Assembly: GCA_018061945.1 (NCBI GenBank)
Contig: JAGOTD010000001.1
Span: 151,050-215,049 of the forward strand
DNA: 64,000 bases
Direction: 5' to 3'
Origin: Candidatus Peribacteraceae bacterium
GTDB taxonomy: Bacteria > Patescibacteriota > Gracilibacteria > Peribacterales > Peribacteraceae
The translations under genes were made by a program, and so were the position numbers. How positions within the stretch are numbered: the stretch's first letter is position 1; the number at the start of each line of letters is the position of its first letter. The notes beneath the pieces are model-generated. The model saw only the letters and a list, made by a program, of their open reading frames with translations. It had not been told where the DNA came from and made no database searches. Positions 11,181 through 20,667 of this stretch are shown here, in pieces.

Positions 11181-12689
11181 ATGAAATACGTCGTGGAGGC
11201 AATGCTTGCATTTGTCTGCTGCGTGCTGCCTGTAAGTGTCTTTGCCGCCAGCGGGGAATCGCTGCCGCTGAGTGCTGTTATTCGCGGACCTGCACAAATG
11301 GTTGCCGGTCATACGGCTATTTTTAATGCCAGCTCGAGCAAGCTGACAAGCGGTACAGTCACGTATACGTGGTACCAAGACGATATCAAAAAGCCGATTA
11401 GCACCGCATCCGAAGCGTTCTTTTTGCCGAATGATCCGGGAACTTATTCTATCCGCCTGATTGTGAAGTCGGAAAACGCCGGCGAAATCCGCGAAACGAC
11501 CACCACCTTTCCGGTGCATGTCTATAAACGAAAAGTGGCTCTGATCGCCGATACGTCCCAAAGCGACAGCGATATTGAGCAGTGGCAGAAGCTCGCCGAA
11601 AGCGGCAGCGTGTTTCTGACCGTCATTCGTCCCAATGTCTCAACACGCGCACTCGCCGGTCAAACGACATTTGCCCAGGCGGTATCGGAACAGTTTCCTC
11701 AGTTTGTGGATAGTGACGCGATCATCATTGCAACCGAGCCGCCATTACTTGGCATGCAAGCGCTCGTGAAAGCCGGTAATAATGATGAAGAACGACTCGG
11801 AGTAATTGCTGGTCAATCGATAGTCGTTATTTCCAAAGGCAGTTTATCCACTATTTCGCGCACGATCCGCGGACCGTATTCACTGCTGAACCCGGAACGC
11901 TTGTTCCTTACGCGGCCCGAGGCAATTTCGATGGTGCTGGAAGCAAGCAGTATGCAGCAATTTGAAGCCCAGATTCTTAAGAACAATACGGAAGTGATTG
12001 TGCAAAGCAACGTGAAACAAGAACTGCGACCATGGAATGTGTTCTCGGTGATGGTCACATATCTGCTCAAGCGCGGCATTCCAAGCCAGACGGTTATTCT
12101 CCTGCTGCTCCTGCCGATTATTGCGCTTATTCTTGCGTTCTTTAAACAGGTAATCGGTATGACAACGTATGGCTTGTACACGCCATCGATTATTGCACTC
12201 AGCTTCTTAACGCTCGGCTGGCTGCCAGGACTGGCGTTTCTTATTCTGATTGTCGGCTGCAGCTACGGTATTCGCCGGCTCATGCGCAAATGGCGCATGT
12301 TACATGTGCCCAAAATGGCGATCGTGCTCGGCGCCGTGAGTATCGTGTTGCTTCTGACGGTCTCACTCGCCGCCTGGGCGCGCGTGGTGCTGTCGGCCGA
12401 TACAGTGTTTGTGCTGCTTGTCATGTCGACACTGTCAGAAAGCTTACTGGCTACCTCTATCGAGGAAGGTTGGAAAACAGCCATCAGCGGCATTGTCGAA
12501 ACGATTGTGGCCGCCCTTCTGTGTGTATTTATAGTCCGCTGGAACATCGTGCAGTCATACGTTCTGGCGTATCCGGAAATCCTGCTGCTCACCTTCCCGC
12601 TCAATATCATGCTCGGCCGCTACAGCGGACTGCGTTTGACGGAATATTTCCGATTCAGACAATTATTTTCGCATTTGCAGGAAGAATAA
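11181..12689 (+). CDS. Secreted PKD/Ig-like domain fused to a C-terminal 7-TM module of the '7TM usually fused to inactive transglutaminase' type
   Basis: The start is moved to the ATG at 11181 ('MKYVVEAMLAFVCCVLPVSVFAASG' signal peptide); the 29 codons upstream lie in repeat-like DNA. There is a PKD-like 'TYTWYQDD...DPGTYSIRLIV'. The C-terminal ~230 aa contain about 7 hydrophobic helices and end in 'LGRYSGLRLTEYFRF'. The gene is adjacent to the ATP-grasp partner expected for this family. Confidence 0.65.
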   Translation: MKYVVEAMLAFVCCVLPVSVFAASGESLPLSAVIRGPAQMVAGHTAIFNASSSKLTSGTVTYTWYQDDIKKPISTASEAFFLPNDPGTYSIRLIVKSENAGEIRETTTTFPVHVYKRKVALIADTSQSDSDIEQWQKLAESGSVFLTVIRPNVSTRALAGQTTFAQAVSEQFPQFVDSDAIIIATEPPLLGMQALVKAGNNDEERLGVIAGQSIVVISKGSLSTISRTIRGPYSLLNPERLFLTRPEAISMVLEASSMQQFEAQILKNNTEVIVQSNVKQELRPWNVFSVMVTYLLKRGIPSQTVILLLLLPIIALILAFFKQVIGMTTYGLYTPSIIALSFLTLGWLPGLAFLILIVGCSYGIRRLMRKWRMLHVPKMAIVLGAVSIVLLLTVSLAAWARVVLSADTVFVLLVMSTLSESLLATSIEEGWKTAISGIVETIVAALLCVFIVRWNIVQSYVLAYPEILLLTFPLNIMLGRYSGLRLTEYFRFRQLFSHLQEE

Positions 12690-12875
12690 TTTGACTATCA
12701 AAAATTCGAAGATCAAAGAACCAAGCACGAGACAAATCCCAAGATACAAGACACAAGCATCAAAAAAATCTAAAGCCCAATGTCCAAATCCCTAAGTCCC
12801 AAGTCCTAACCCCAGCCCAAACCCCTCACCCTCCCGCCCATCGCCCTCAAGCTCTTCACCCACGGCATCCTCGGC

Positions 12876-15194
12876 ATGAATGCAAGAAATCTCTTGTACA
12901 TCAAGCCGTATAATCCGCGCAGCGCCATTGCGCTGGCCGATGATAAAATAAAAGCCAAGGCGTTTCTGTCGGCTCGCGGTATTCCAACAGCGCGCGTGTT
13001 TGGACACATTCGCACCCACGAACAACTGCTGAATTTCGATTTCTCACAGCTACCTGATCAGTGCGTGCTCAAGCCAAACTTCGGCTTTGGTGGGGAGGGC
13101 ATCAAGGTATTTAAAGGCCGCAAAGACGGTAACTTCATCGAAGGAAAAAAAGTAGTGAGCGAAATCGAACTACGCGAACACATCGAGAAAATCCTGGAAG
13201 GCGAATTTTCGGTCAACGGCAAAGAGGACACGGCATTTTTTGAGCAGTTACTCGTCGCCCACGAAGGCTTTGCACCCTTTCGTCCGGCTGGGCTACCCGA
13301 CATTCGCTTCGTTGTCTTCAATCTCGTACCGGTGATGGCAATGCTGCGCATTCCAACACCGCAAAGCGGCGGCAAGGCCAACGTGCATTTGGGTGGCGTG
13401 GGAGTCGGTATAGATTTGGCAACCGGCAAAACGACATCGGCGGTGCAGTACAATCGCATCGTCGATAAACTGCCAAACGGGATTGATCCGCGCGGCATAC
13501 AGGTGCCGTACTGGCAGGAAATGATGCTCATCGCCTCGCGCATTCAGCAGGTGACCGACATCGGCTACCTGGCAGTGGATTTAACGATCGATGACAAAAC
13601 CGGACCGGAGCTTTTGGAAGTAAATGCCAGAGCCGGACTCATGGTACAGATTGCGAACCTGGCGCCGCTGCGCGCCCGACTGGAACGCGTGAAAGGCGTG
13701 AAAGTGACGAGCCCCGAAAAAGGCGTGCTGCTGGCACAAGAACTGTTTGGCCAGAAAAAGGCCGCGAGCAAAACCGTGGTGCAAAAAGGCGTGCTCGGTT
13801 TGTACGAAACAATTCATATTCCATTGGAAGACGGCGACTTGGAGCTGACAGCTCAAATGAGTCCACAGTACGAACGCACCGCATTTACGCCGGCACTGGT
13901 GCAAGAACTGCTGCGTCGCAACGTGATAGAAGTGGAAGACGAGAAGAAGAAAACATACCGCGCACGGCTCATCATCGGCGGCCGCAAAATTCAGACCATT
14001 ATCGGCGAGCGCGCCATTACCGATCCGCAAGTACGCGCATCCATTGGCCGCCGCGATTTAACGGGCTTTCTGCTCGATCCATCGCGCAAGGAATCGGCGC
14101 CCAAAGAACGCATGGCGCTGCGCATGGACATGAACATGGTCGACCGTCAGCTGTCGCAGCTCGAACGCGAGATGCCGATTCTCAAGTGGATCAAGCCCGA
14201 GAATTTCTTGGAGCATCGTCAGCGCGCCGAACATGATCCACACTACGAACCGCATTTTACGTACGCGCCACTCACGTTCGATGCCATCGATATGCGTACG
14301 CGCATTGCGTCGCTACGCACGGATGATTCCCCGCTTGGTAATCTGCTTGGCAAAAAGCGCGATGAACTGTTACACCGCATCAGCTTGCTCGATGCACGTG
14401 GCGACAATGCAAAATTTACTAGCGCCAGCATCGCCTTGTACGGAAAACTCACACCCGATCTTGTCGCGCAAGCGCATGCTCGTATCGATGCACGCCGCGC
14501 GTGCTTGCTGCCACTTTCGGATGATTTGCTGCAGAGCGATGAAGAGGTGAAAAATATGTTTGAATTGGTGCTCGAGCAATATGGCTTGAGTGACTGGACG
14601 GTGACCATTCGCGATAACCTTCTTTCCGACTGTGCCGTTGGCAAAGGCCACGTGTACATCCGCAGTGGCGCGCGGTTTGAACCAAGTCATATTGGCGCTC
14701 TCATCGCGCACGAAATCGAAACACACGCGCTGTGCGCCGAAAACGGTGCCAATCAGGAATACGAAATACTGCAATCGGGCACAGCTAATTATCTGACAAC
14801 ACAAGAAGGCTTGGCCGTTTTCCGCCAGAACAAAATGCTGCCGGAGTTTCATGACAAACTGTACTGGTCGATGCGCGGTGTGTTGGCGATCGAAAAAGCG
14901 TTGGCACTTGGACTTCACGATCTTCGTCAGGCACTGCAAGACATCGGCTACAGCAAAGGCAAAGCTCTTACGAAAGCCCTCTCACTCAAGCGCGGCTGCG
15001 GCGAAACCAGTAAGCCCGGTTGCTTTACCAAAGATCTGGTGTACTTCCGCGGTCTGCAGATGATCGAGAAATATGTGGAGGAAGGAAAAGATCTAAAGCG
15101 GCTCTACATCGGTCGTGTGTCGGTGGAAGAACTGGATCTCATCGAAAAACTGCCGGACTTAAAGCCGCCGATTCTGCTGCCGAGGAAGATGTAG
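12876..15194 (+). CDS. Fusion protein: RimK-related ATP-grasp ligase (alpha-L-glutamate-ligase-like) plus DUF1704 'QEGLA-motif' metallopeptidase-like domain
   Basis: - N-terminal 'MNARNLLYIKPYNPRSAIALADDKIKAKAFL', as in alpha-L-glutamate-ligase-related ATP-grasp proteins.
- 'FGFGGEGIKVF', 'DIRFVVFNLVPVMAMLRIP' and 'LAVDLTIDDKTGPELLEVNARAG'.
- The C-terminal half has HExxH ('LIAHEIETHAL') and the literal 'TTQEGLAVF' motif. Confidence 0.85.
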   Translation: MNARNLLYIKPYNPRSAIALADDKIKAKAFLSARGIPTARVFGHIRTHEQLLNFDFSQLPDQCVLKPNFGFGGEGIKVFKGRKDGNFIEGKKVVSEIELREHIEKILEGEFSVNGKEDTAFFEQLLVAHEGFAPFRPAGLPDIRFVVFNLVPVMAMLRIPTPQSGGKANVHLGGVGVGIDLATGKTTSAVQYNRIVDKLPNGIDPRGIQVPYWQEMMLIASRIQQVTDIGYLAVDLTIDDKTGPELLEVNARAGLMVQIANLAPLRARLERVKGVKVTSPEKGVLLAQELFGQKKAASKTVVQKGVLGLYETIHIPLEDGDLELTAQMSPQYERTAFTPALVQELLRRNVIEVEDEKKKTYRARLIIGGRKIQTIIGERAITDPQVRASIGRRDLTGFLLDPSRKESAPKERMALRMDMNMVDRQLSQLEREMPILKWIKPENFLEHRQRAEHDPHYEPHFTYAPLTFDAIDMRTRIASLRTDDSPLGNLLGKKRDELLHRISLLDARGDNAKFTSASIALYGKLTPDLVAQAHARIDARRACLLPLSDDLLQSDEEVKNMFELVLEQYGLSDWTVTIRDNLLSDCAVGKGHVYIRSGARFEPSHIGALIAHEIETHALCAENGANQEYEILQSGTANYLTTQEGLAVFRQNKMLPEFHDKLYWSMRGVLAIEKALALGLHDLRQALQDIGYSKGKALTKALSLKRGCGETSKPGCFTKDLVYFRGLQMIEKYVEEGKDLKRLYIGRVSVEELDLIEKLPDLKPPILLPRKM

Positions 15195-15412
15195 CCCCTC
15201 ACCCCTGCCCCTCTTCTCGCTACGCGAGCGAGAGGGGAGTTTTAGCGAAGTGAGATTTGAATGTGGTGTTTGTAATTATCCTAGAATTTCGAATTATTTT
15301 TTGAATAATATTTCCATGCTAAATGGGATAGACGGACAAAAGAATTTTATCAACTTATTAGCTTGAGCTCCCCTCTCCTTGCTTTAGCAAGGAAAGGGGT
15401 TGGGGGTGAGGG
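15195..15412. repeat. MITE-like composite element (family B): two inverted ~45-nt palindromic ends around an AT-rich core
   Basis: The left end 15195-15239 is 'cccctcacccctgcccctcttctcgctacgcgagcgagaggggag'. The right end 15365-15412 is 'gagctcccctctccttgctttagcaaggaaaggggttgggggtgaggg', the same motif in reverse. The core is about 125 nt of AT-rich DNA. The right end encodes the last codons ('..LTPNPFPC') of the methyltransferase ORF. Confidence 0.6.
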
Positions 15413-16085
15413 TACGAGCTATCTCCACCATATACCGATACTCCGCTGCGACATCCGGAATCAATACTGGAATAATTTTTGAGTGGTAGCCAAACGGCAA
15501 TTGTGCAAGTAATCGATCAAAAAATTCAGGCTCTGAGCCATACGACACATCATCGAGTACCGTTTCACACAGACCTTGCTCTGTTTTAACAATGGTACGC
15601 GACAGTGCAATTTCTTCTTGGCTCATTGATGAATCGACCTCTCCACCATCGAATCGCCGATGAAAAGCCAGTGGGGCTAATCGAGCGCTGCCACCGCGCG
15701 ACAGGACGCGACAGATTTCGCAAAGAGCAAGGCTCACCAATTCTTCACCTTCGCAATAGAGCGGACACGCGAAGACTGACAGGACAATATCGAAGGAATG
15801 ATCATCGAACGGCAGCGCGCCAAAGTAGCCGCCCACTGCATTGGCTGTGACAGAATCATCCGCCAGAAAGCATGCATCGAACGATGTCACACGCGCGCTC
15901 GGGACAAGTTGCTGCAACTCTTTTGCCAAACGACAGTCGGGGCCACTGCCCAGATCGAGAATTTTTTTGTTCTGCAACTGCGCAAGTGAGAGCTGAAGAA
16001 TGCTCAGATACTGCTGGAGCGAGCGGTCTGACGGCGTCATTGTTCGCGCAACCTGCTGTGCTTCGGAAAGATGAACTTCATCCAT
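15384..16085 (-). CDS. Class I SAM-dependent methyltransferase
   Basis: Motif I 'KILDLGSGPDCRL', then 'DIVLSVFA' and 'RVLSRGGSARL'. The start is taken at the ATG at 16085 ('MDEVHLSE..') to avoid overlap with the divergent Nudix gene; the track start is 16151. Confidence 0.7.
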   Translation of the reverse strand: MDEVHLSEAQQVARTMTPSDRSLQQYLSILQLSLAQLQNKKILDLGSGPDCRLAKELQQLVPSARVTSFDACFLADDSVTANAVGGYFGALPFDDHSFDIVLSVFACPLYCEGEELVSLALCEICRVLSRGGSARLAPLAFHRRFDGGEVDSSMSQEEIALSRTIVKTEQGLCETVLDDVSYGSEPEFFDRLLAQLPFGYHSKIIPVLIPDVAAEYRYMVEIARTLTPNPFPC

Positions 16086-16132
16086 AGCGCGGCATGATAC
16101 CACGAGTGCATGGAGCGTGGTACGATTGGCGC

Positions 16133-16663
16133 ATGCCAGTAACCGATCCACAAACGGAACTCTTCGATGTTATAGACGAGCAGGATCGCGTGATCGGCCA
16201 AACAACACGCTATAAAGCTCATCGGGATCCATCACTTCTGCACCGCTCGATTGGGATCCTCGTCTTTCGCGGCGACGAAGTGTTTCTGCAAAAGCGCAGC
16301 GCGACGAAAGATACGCTGCCGGGCCTGTGGACCTGTTCGGTAACCGGCCACGTAGATAGTGGCGAAGACTGGCTACACGCAGCCAAACGCGAACTACACG
16401 AAGAAATCGGCATTGAGGCTGACAGTGATCCGGTGCAGATCCATCAATCCATTTTGCGCTATAGCTACGAAAGTGAACTCATGCGGTTTTATCGCTACGA
16501 CATCGATGCGAATGCCATACTGAAACTTGATGCGAATGAGATTGCCGAAGGAAAATGGTTTACGGTTGATCAGACATTTTTGACTGATCAATTACCAGCG
16601 ATGGGAATTACTCCGTGTATGAAATTGATTGCGGAAACATATCTCTCGAGACTGATCGGGTGA
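16133..16663 (+). CDS. Nudix hydrolase (isopentenyl-diphosphate-isomerase-like subfamily)
   Basis: Nudix box 'GHVDSGEDWLHAAKRELHEEIGI' (GX5EX7REUXEEXGU). 'LLHRSIGILVF...KRSATKDTLPGLWTCSVTGH' resembles type-1 IDI-like Nudix proteins. The start is taken at the ATG at 16133. Confidence 0.75.
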   Translation: MPVTDPQTELFDVIDEQDRVIGQTTRYKAHRDPSLLHRSIGILVFRGDEVFLQKRSATKDTLPGLWTCSVTGHVDSGEDWLHAAKRELHEEIGIEADSDPVQIHQSILRYSYESELMRFYRYDIDANAILKLDANEIAEGKWFTVDQTFLTDQLPAMGITPCMKLIAETYLSRLIG

Positions 16664-16805
16664 TGATTTATCAACTTCTCTTCTTGCGCCATTATAGTAG
16701 TAGTAATGGTGCAACTCTGTGCCCTTGTGTGCGGATGATCGTAAAAATCAGAGCTACAAAAAAAGGAACATGCGACTGTATACGTGCCGCTGAAAGCGCT
16801 TTTCT

Positions 16806-16891
16806 TGGTGCCCAGGAGAGGACTCGAACCTCCACAGGATTGCTCCCGCTACCACCTCAAGGTAGTGCGTCTGCCATTTCGCCACCTGGGC
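16806..16891 (-). tRNA. tRNA-Leu, anticodon GAG, long variable arm, genomically encoded CCA
   Basis: The reverse complement reads GCCCAGGTGGCGAAATGGCAGACGCACTACCTTGAGGTGGTAGCGGGAGCAATCCTGTGGAGGTTCGAGTCCTCTCCTGGGCACCA.
- Acceptor stem GCCCAGG/CCTGGGC.
- Anticodon stem CTACC/GGTAG with loop TTGAGGT.
- T-loop GGTTCGAGTCC.
- 15-nt variable arm. Confidence 0.9.
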
Positions 16892-16993
16892 ATTGGATCA
16901 AATGATCATGCTTTTGCGCTTAGAGAGCGCCCAAAGCCGAGAGATTGTACCAGAGTTAGGCAGGAGGGCAATATAACCGACCGAACGTTTCTT

Positions 16994-18820
16994 TTACTGG
17001 CGGGCCTTACCTCCATGCATCGCCTCGCGCACACGATCGTACAGCTCCTGCGCGCCCGGATAATCTGGATACTCTTCTTTGAGCTTTACGAGGTGCGAAA
17101 AGGATTTCATAAGCGAGCCTTGCTGTGCCAGCGCATCGGCCAAGCGGAAGCGGGCATCGGGAAAGCGGGCGTTAAGCTCTAAAGCTCTCGCATATTCCCC
17201 TTCTGCATCGTCCAGCCGACCTCTCTTTTCGTACTGAATACCCAAGTTGTAGTGCGCTTCGGCAATAGTTGGCGCACGCACAGTCGCATCTTTGAATGCC
17301 TGCAGCACCTGCGCGTCATTTCCTTCTTTTTCGAGTAACTCACCCAGCATGTAGTACGCTGCCAGCTTTTGCGGATCGGTAACTGCTCCCGTGCCAAGAG
17401 CGGCAATGGACTGTCTAAACGCATCCTTCGCTTTTTCGGTGTCGCCCAAAGCGTGGTGGGCAACGCCGATATTGGTCAGAATAACCGGGGTTTTTGGCGC
17501 ATTGTTTTCTTGGGCTCTTTCAAATTGTACGAGCGCCTCCTGGGGCTTTCCTTCCTGCATCAGAAATGTTCCGTAGTTGTTGTAGGGCATCCACGCTGTT
17601 GGCTCTTGGCCAATAGCATGACTGTACAACGCCGGATTGGACTGCCAGACCCGGGCATACACATGCGCGGTCCAGCCGTACCATGCAAAAAGACAGGTAC
17701 AAAAGAGCATGACTGGTTTTTCGAGATGAGGAAGTTTTTTTGAGACAAAGACAAGGAGTGCCGCTAAAGCCAATGCAATGCCAATGGTACCGGTGTAGGC
17801 ATAGCGGTCGGACGCGTAGAAGACAAATTCATTTTTGGAGTAGTGGAGCAAGTTCGGCGAGAGTGCGATGAGAAAAAAGAGCCAACCGAGAGCAAGTTTC
17901 TTCGATGAGCGTGCGAGGAAAAACAAGCCAATCAGCAGCAATGCAATAAGGCACACAGGCACAAAAAACTCGGCTGATGCGAGTGTGACAGGCGTTGTCT
18001 GCGGATAAAACATAGTCAAATGCAGCGGCACGACGAGGCGGTGTAAGTAGTAGACAATACTTTTAGCGCTTAGAAGTATGATCATGCCGGGTGATGAATG
18101 CGAGAATGTATTTGTTTTCCCAAAGACGGCAATCACCGCAAAGAGAAGGGCTGCGATGACAAACGGCCAGTACGAAATGAGGCGCTTTTTCGACAGTGAT
18201 CCATCGACCCAATCGATGAGAACGAACATTGCCGGCAACACAATGACCGACACTTTGGACAGCAGTGCGAAAATAAAAAAGACAAGGCTGATCCAAAACC
18301 ACCTGCGTGCATGCGGTGCATGTTTTGAGTGCAAAAAAGCGACCAGCGAGAGCAGGAAGAAGAAAGTCGAGAGTATGTCTTTCCGGCCGCTGGCCCACAT
18401 GACTGCCTCGGTATTGAGCGGATGCAGCGCAAAAAACAATCCAGCGCACAGAGCTGCCAACTTACTACCCGTACACCGTCTTGCGATCATCGTAACCAAA
18501 AGGGCGCTACCAATATGCAACAGGAGATTTGTCAGATGATAGATCCAGGGCTGTAAGCCAAAAAACGCATACTCTATTTGATAGCTGAGAAACGTGAGCG
18601 GAATGTAGAGCTCGGGATCGTAGTGGGTAAAGTTGTACATGAGCGATGCCAATGTCAGCTCATGCACAGCCATGTTTTTTGTGATGAGCAAGCCGTCATC
18701 CACACTCACAAAATCCGCGTGCAACGCCGGCCACAGGTAGACCGCAAGTACTGCCAGAATGATCGGCAGCGACCACCAAAGCCACGAGAGACGAGAGGAT
18801 TGCATGGAGGGAATATACAA
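16994..18820 (-). CDS. Polytopic GT-C-type membrane protein with C-terminal TPR repeats (TMTC/PMT-like putative protein O-glycosyl/mannosyltransferase)
   Basis: About 11 hydrophobic helices. The first-loop acidic motif 'FVSVDDGLLI' is typical of GT-C enzymes. The C-terminal ~200 aa are TPR-like ('AHYNLGIQYEKRGRLDDAEGEYARALELNARFPDARFRLA'). Confidence 0.65.
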   Translation of the reverse strand: MYIPSMQSSRLSWLWWSLPIILAVLAVYLWPALHADFVSVDDGLLITKNMAVHELTLASLMYNFTHYDPELYIPLTFLSYQIEYAFFGLQPWIYHLTNLLLHIGSALLVTMIARRCTGSKLAALCAGLFFALHPLNTEAVMWASGRKDILSTFFFLLSLVAFLHSKHAPHARRWFWISLVFFIFALLSKVSVIVLPAMFVLIDWVDGSLSKKRLISYWPFVIAALLFAVIAVFGKTNTFSHSSPGMIILLSAKSIVYYLHRLVVPLHLTMFYPQTTPVTLASAEFFVPVCLIALLLIGLFFLARSSKKLALGWLFFLIALSPNLLHYSKNEFVFYASDRYAYTGTIGIALALAALLVFVSKKLPHLEKPVMLFCTCLFAWYGWTAHVYARVWQSNPALYSHAIGQEPTAWMPYNNYGTFLMQEGKPQEALVQFERAQENNAPKTPVILTNIGVAHHALGDTEKAKDAFRQSIAALGTGAVTDPQKLAAYYMLGELLEKEGNDAQVLQAFKDATVRAPTIAEAHYNLGIQYEKRGRLDDAEGEYARALELNARFPDARFRLADALAQQGSLMKSFSHLVKLKEEYPDYPGAQELYDRVREAMHGGKARQ

Positions 18821-18846
18821 TTGAATAGTTGCAGTGACCAGTTGCG

Positions 18847-19016
18847 CCCCTCACCCGGGCCTTCGGGCCACCCTCTCCCTGCTGAAGCATGGAGAGGGAC
18901 ATTCAAAAAAACATTTCAAAATAATTGAGATAATGACTTACATCAAATTCAAATCTCTCTTTATTAAAGCTCCCCTCTATCCCGCTTTAGCGGGGAGAGG
19001 GGTTGGGGGTGAGGGT
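18847..19016. repeat. MITE-like composite element (family B)
   Basis: The left end 18847-18900 is 'cccctcacccgggccttcgggccaccctctccctgctgaagcatggagagggac'. The right end 18968-19016 is 'agctcccctctatcccgctttagcggggagaggggttgggggtgagggt' (reverse orientation). The AT-rich core is about 67 nt. The element abuts the purB stop. Confidence 0.6.
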
Positions 19017-20326
19017 CACGACAAAATCTTCAGCAATGCATTTTTATCCCGTCCCGAGATCTGCAGTTTTTCGACAAACTCACGCAGCTTTTCGATGGTT
19101 ACTTTCTGACCGCGACTGAGCGCCTTCATTTGTTCGTACGCATCCTGAAAGCCATTTCTTCGCATGACCGTCTGAATCGCTTCGGTGTAGATTTCCGGAT
19201 GTGTATCAAGCTCTTCTTTGATACGCGCGCTGTCGACAGACAATTTCTTTAAGCCTTTCTGCAGAGATTTGAGCGACAAAATATGATAGCCAAACGCGAC
19301 ACCAATATTGCGCTGAACGGTGGAATCCGACAAATCGCGCTGAAGACGGGAGATAGGGAGCTTGTCGGCGAAGTGGCCAAAAAGCGCATTTGCGAGGCCA
19401 AAGTTGCCTTCGGCATTTTCGAAGTCGATCGGGTTTACTTTGTGGGGCATTGTCGAGGAACCCGTTTCGGTTTTGACCACGCGCTGCTTAAACACACCGC
19501 GCGAAATGTACATCCAGATATCGCGACACAGGTCGATGAACACCGTATCGATGCGCATATACAAGTGACTCAGCTCGGCAATGTCGTCGTGCGGATTGAT
19601 TTGTGTAGTGCTAGTAAGTGGGATGAGGCCGAGCGATTTGATGAACTTACGACCGAATACTTCCCAGTTTACATCCGGATACGCTGCCTTGTGTGCCATG
19701 TAGGTACCAACAGCGCCGCCAAATTTGCCCTGCATTTTGAACGTCGCAAGGTCGTCGCGCATGCGTTCGAGGCGTTCGACGAACACCATGATTTCTTTGC
19801 CGAGCGTACTCGGTGTTGCCGGCTGACCGTGAGTAAGTGAGAGCAGTGTCGTGTTTTTCTGTGCAGCGGCCATTGTCCGTAGTGTGGCGATGACTGCCTG
19901 CAATTCTGGCTTAAGAACGCGCTTGATCGCATCGTGGATTAAGTGTCCATACGCCAAGTTATTCACATCTTCGGATGTGAGGCCAAAGTGGATAAACTCG
20001 GTGCGGATTTTGAGGCCCGCGCCTTTTTCGATTTCTTTGCGCACGTAATATTCAATCGCCTTCACATCGTGATTGGTGACTTTCTCGAACTCGCGGACGG
20101 CGGCGGCTGCTTTGTCATCAAAATTATCAATGATTTCCTGCAGTGCCTTTTTCTGACGGGCGTTGAGTGGCTTCAGTTCCTTGATATTCTTTTCTTCGCA
20201 CAGTGCGCCGAAGTAGCTGATCTCGATGTAAATGCGCGCGCGCATCAGTGCTTCTTCGGAAAAAAACGGGCGGAGAGCATCGACTTTGGATGCGTACCGA
20301 CCGTCGAGTGGCGAGAGAGCTTGCAT
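19016..20326 (-). CDS. purB: Adenylosuccinate lyase PurB
   Basis: 'MQALSPLDGRYASKV...' is the typical PurB N-terminus. Fumarate-lyase signature 'TGSSTMPHKVNPIDFEN'. The start is set at the ATG at 20326; the track ORF adds 54 improbable N-terminal codons. Confidence 0.92.
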   Translation of the reverse strand: MQALSPLDGRYASKVDALRPFFSEEALMRARIYIEISYFGALCEEKNIKELKPLNARQKKALQEIIDNFDDKAAAAVREFEKVTNHDVKAIEYYVRKEIEKGAGLKIRTEFIHFGLTSEDVNNLAYGHLIHDAIKRVLKPELQAVIATLRTMAAAQKNTTLLSLTHGQPATPSTLGKEIMVFVERLERMRDDLATFKMQGKFGGAVGTYMAHKAAYPDVNWEVFGRKFIKSLGLIPLTSTTQINPHDDIAELSHLYMRIDTVFIDLCRDIWMYISRGVFKQRVVKTETGSSTMPHKVNPIDFENAEGNFGLANALFGHFADKLPISRLQRDLSDSTVQRNIGVAFGYHILSLKSLQKGLKKLSVDSARIKEELDTHPEIYTEAIQTVMRRNGFQDAYEQMKALSRGQKVTIEKLREFVEKLQISGRDKNALLKILS

Positions 20327-20667
20327 AGGGCAAAAGATGAATGATGATGAAATTGTAGCAGAGGAAAGGCCAAAGAACAGGAGGAGAGAGTGTTTTTGTT
20401 GCTGAGACCGAATGAGCTGATTATGGTGGACAGAGATATTGGGAACGTCCCGATATTCATCCGTCCTCGAGATGCAGGATATTATCATGAATCTCGCGCT
20501 GCTGCTCCTTCAGGCAATTTACAGCCCGTCGTCCCTTTGCCTCCTTGAGAAACTGGGATGTCCGCTCAGCGAAGGATTCGACCATCCGCAATCGGACAAT
20601 AATCCCGGGAAGCGAACGCGTCCGCCGTGGCGTTACAAGCGAAGAGAGTGTCATGCATAGCGAGACT

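Noticed and set aside
12690-12875. CA-rich low-complexity spacer ('caagacacaagcatc...cccaagtcctaaccccagccc') as a possible tandem repeat or telomere-like element.
   Set aside because: It has no regular period. The 3' part looks like a degenerate family-B repeat end ('ccctcaccc'), so it is treated as repeat debris or promoter spacer.
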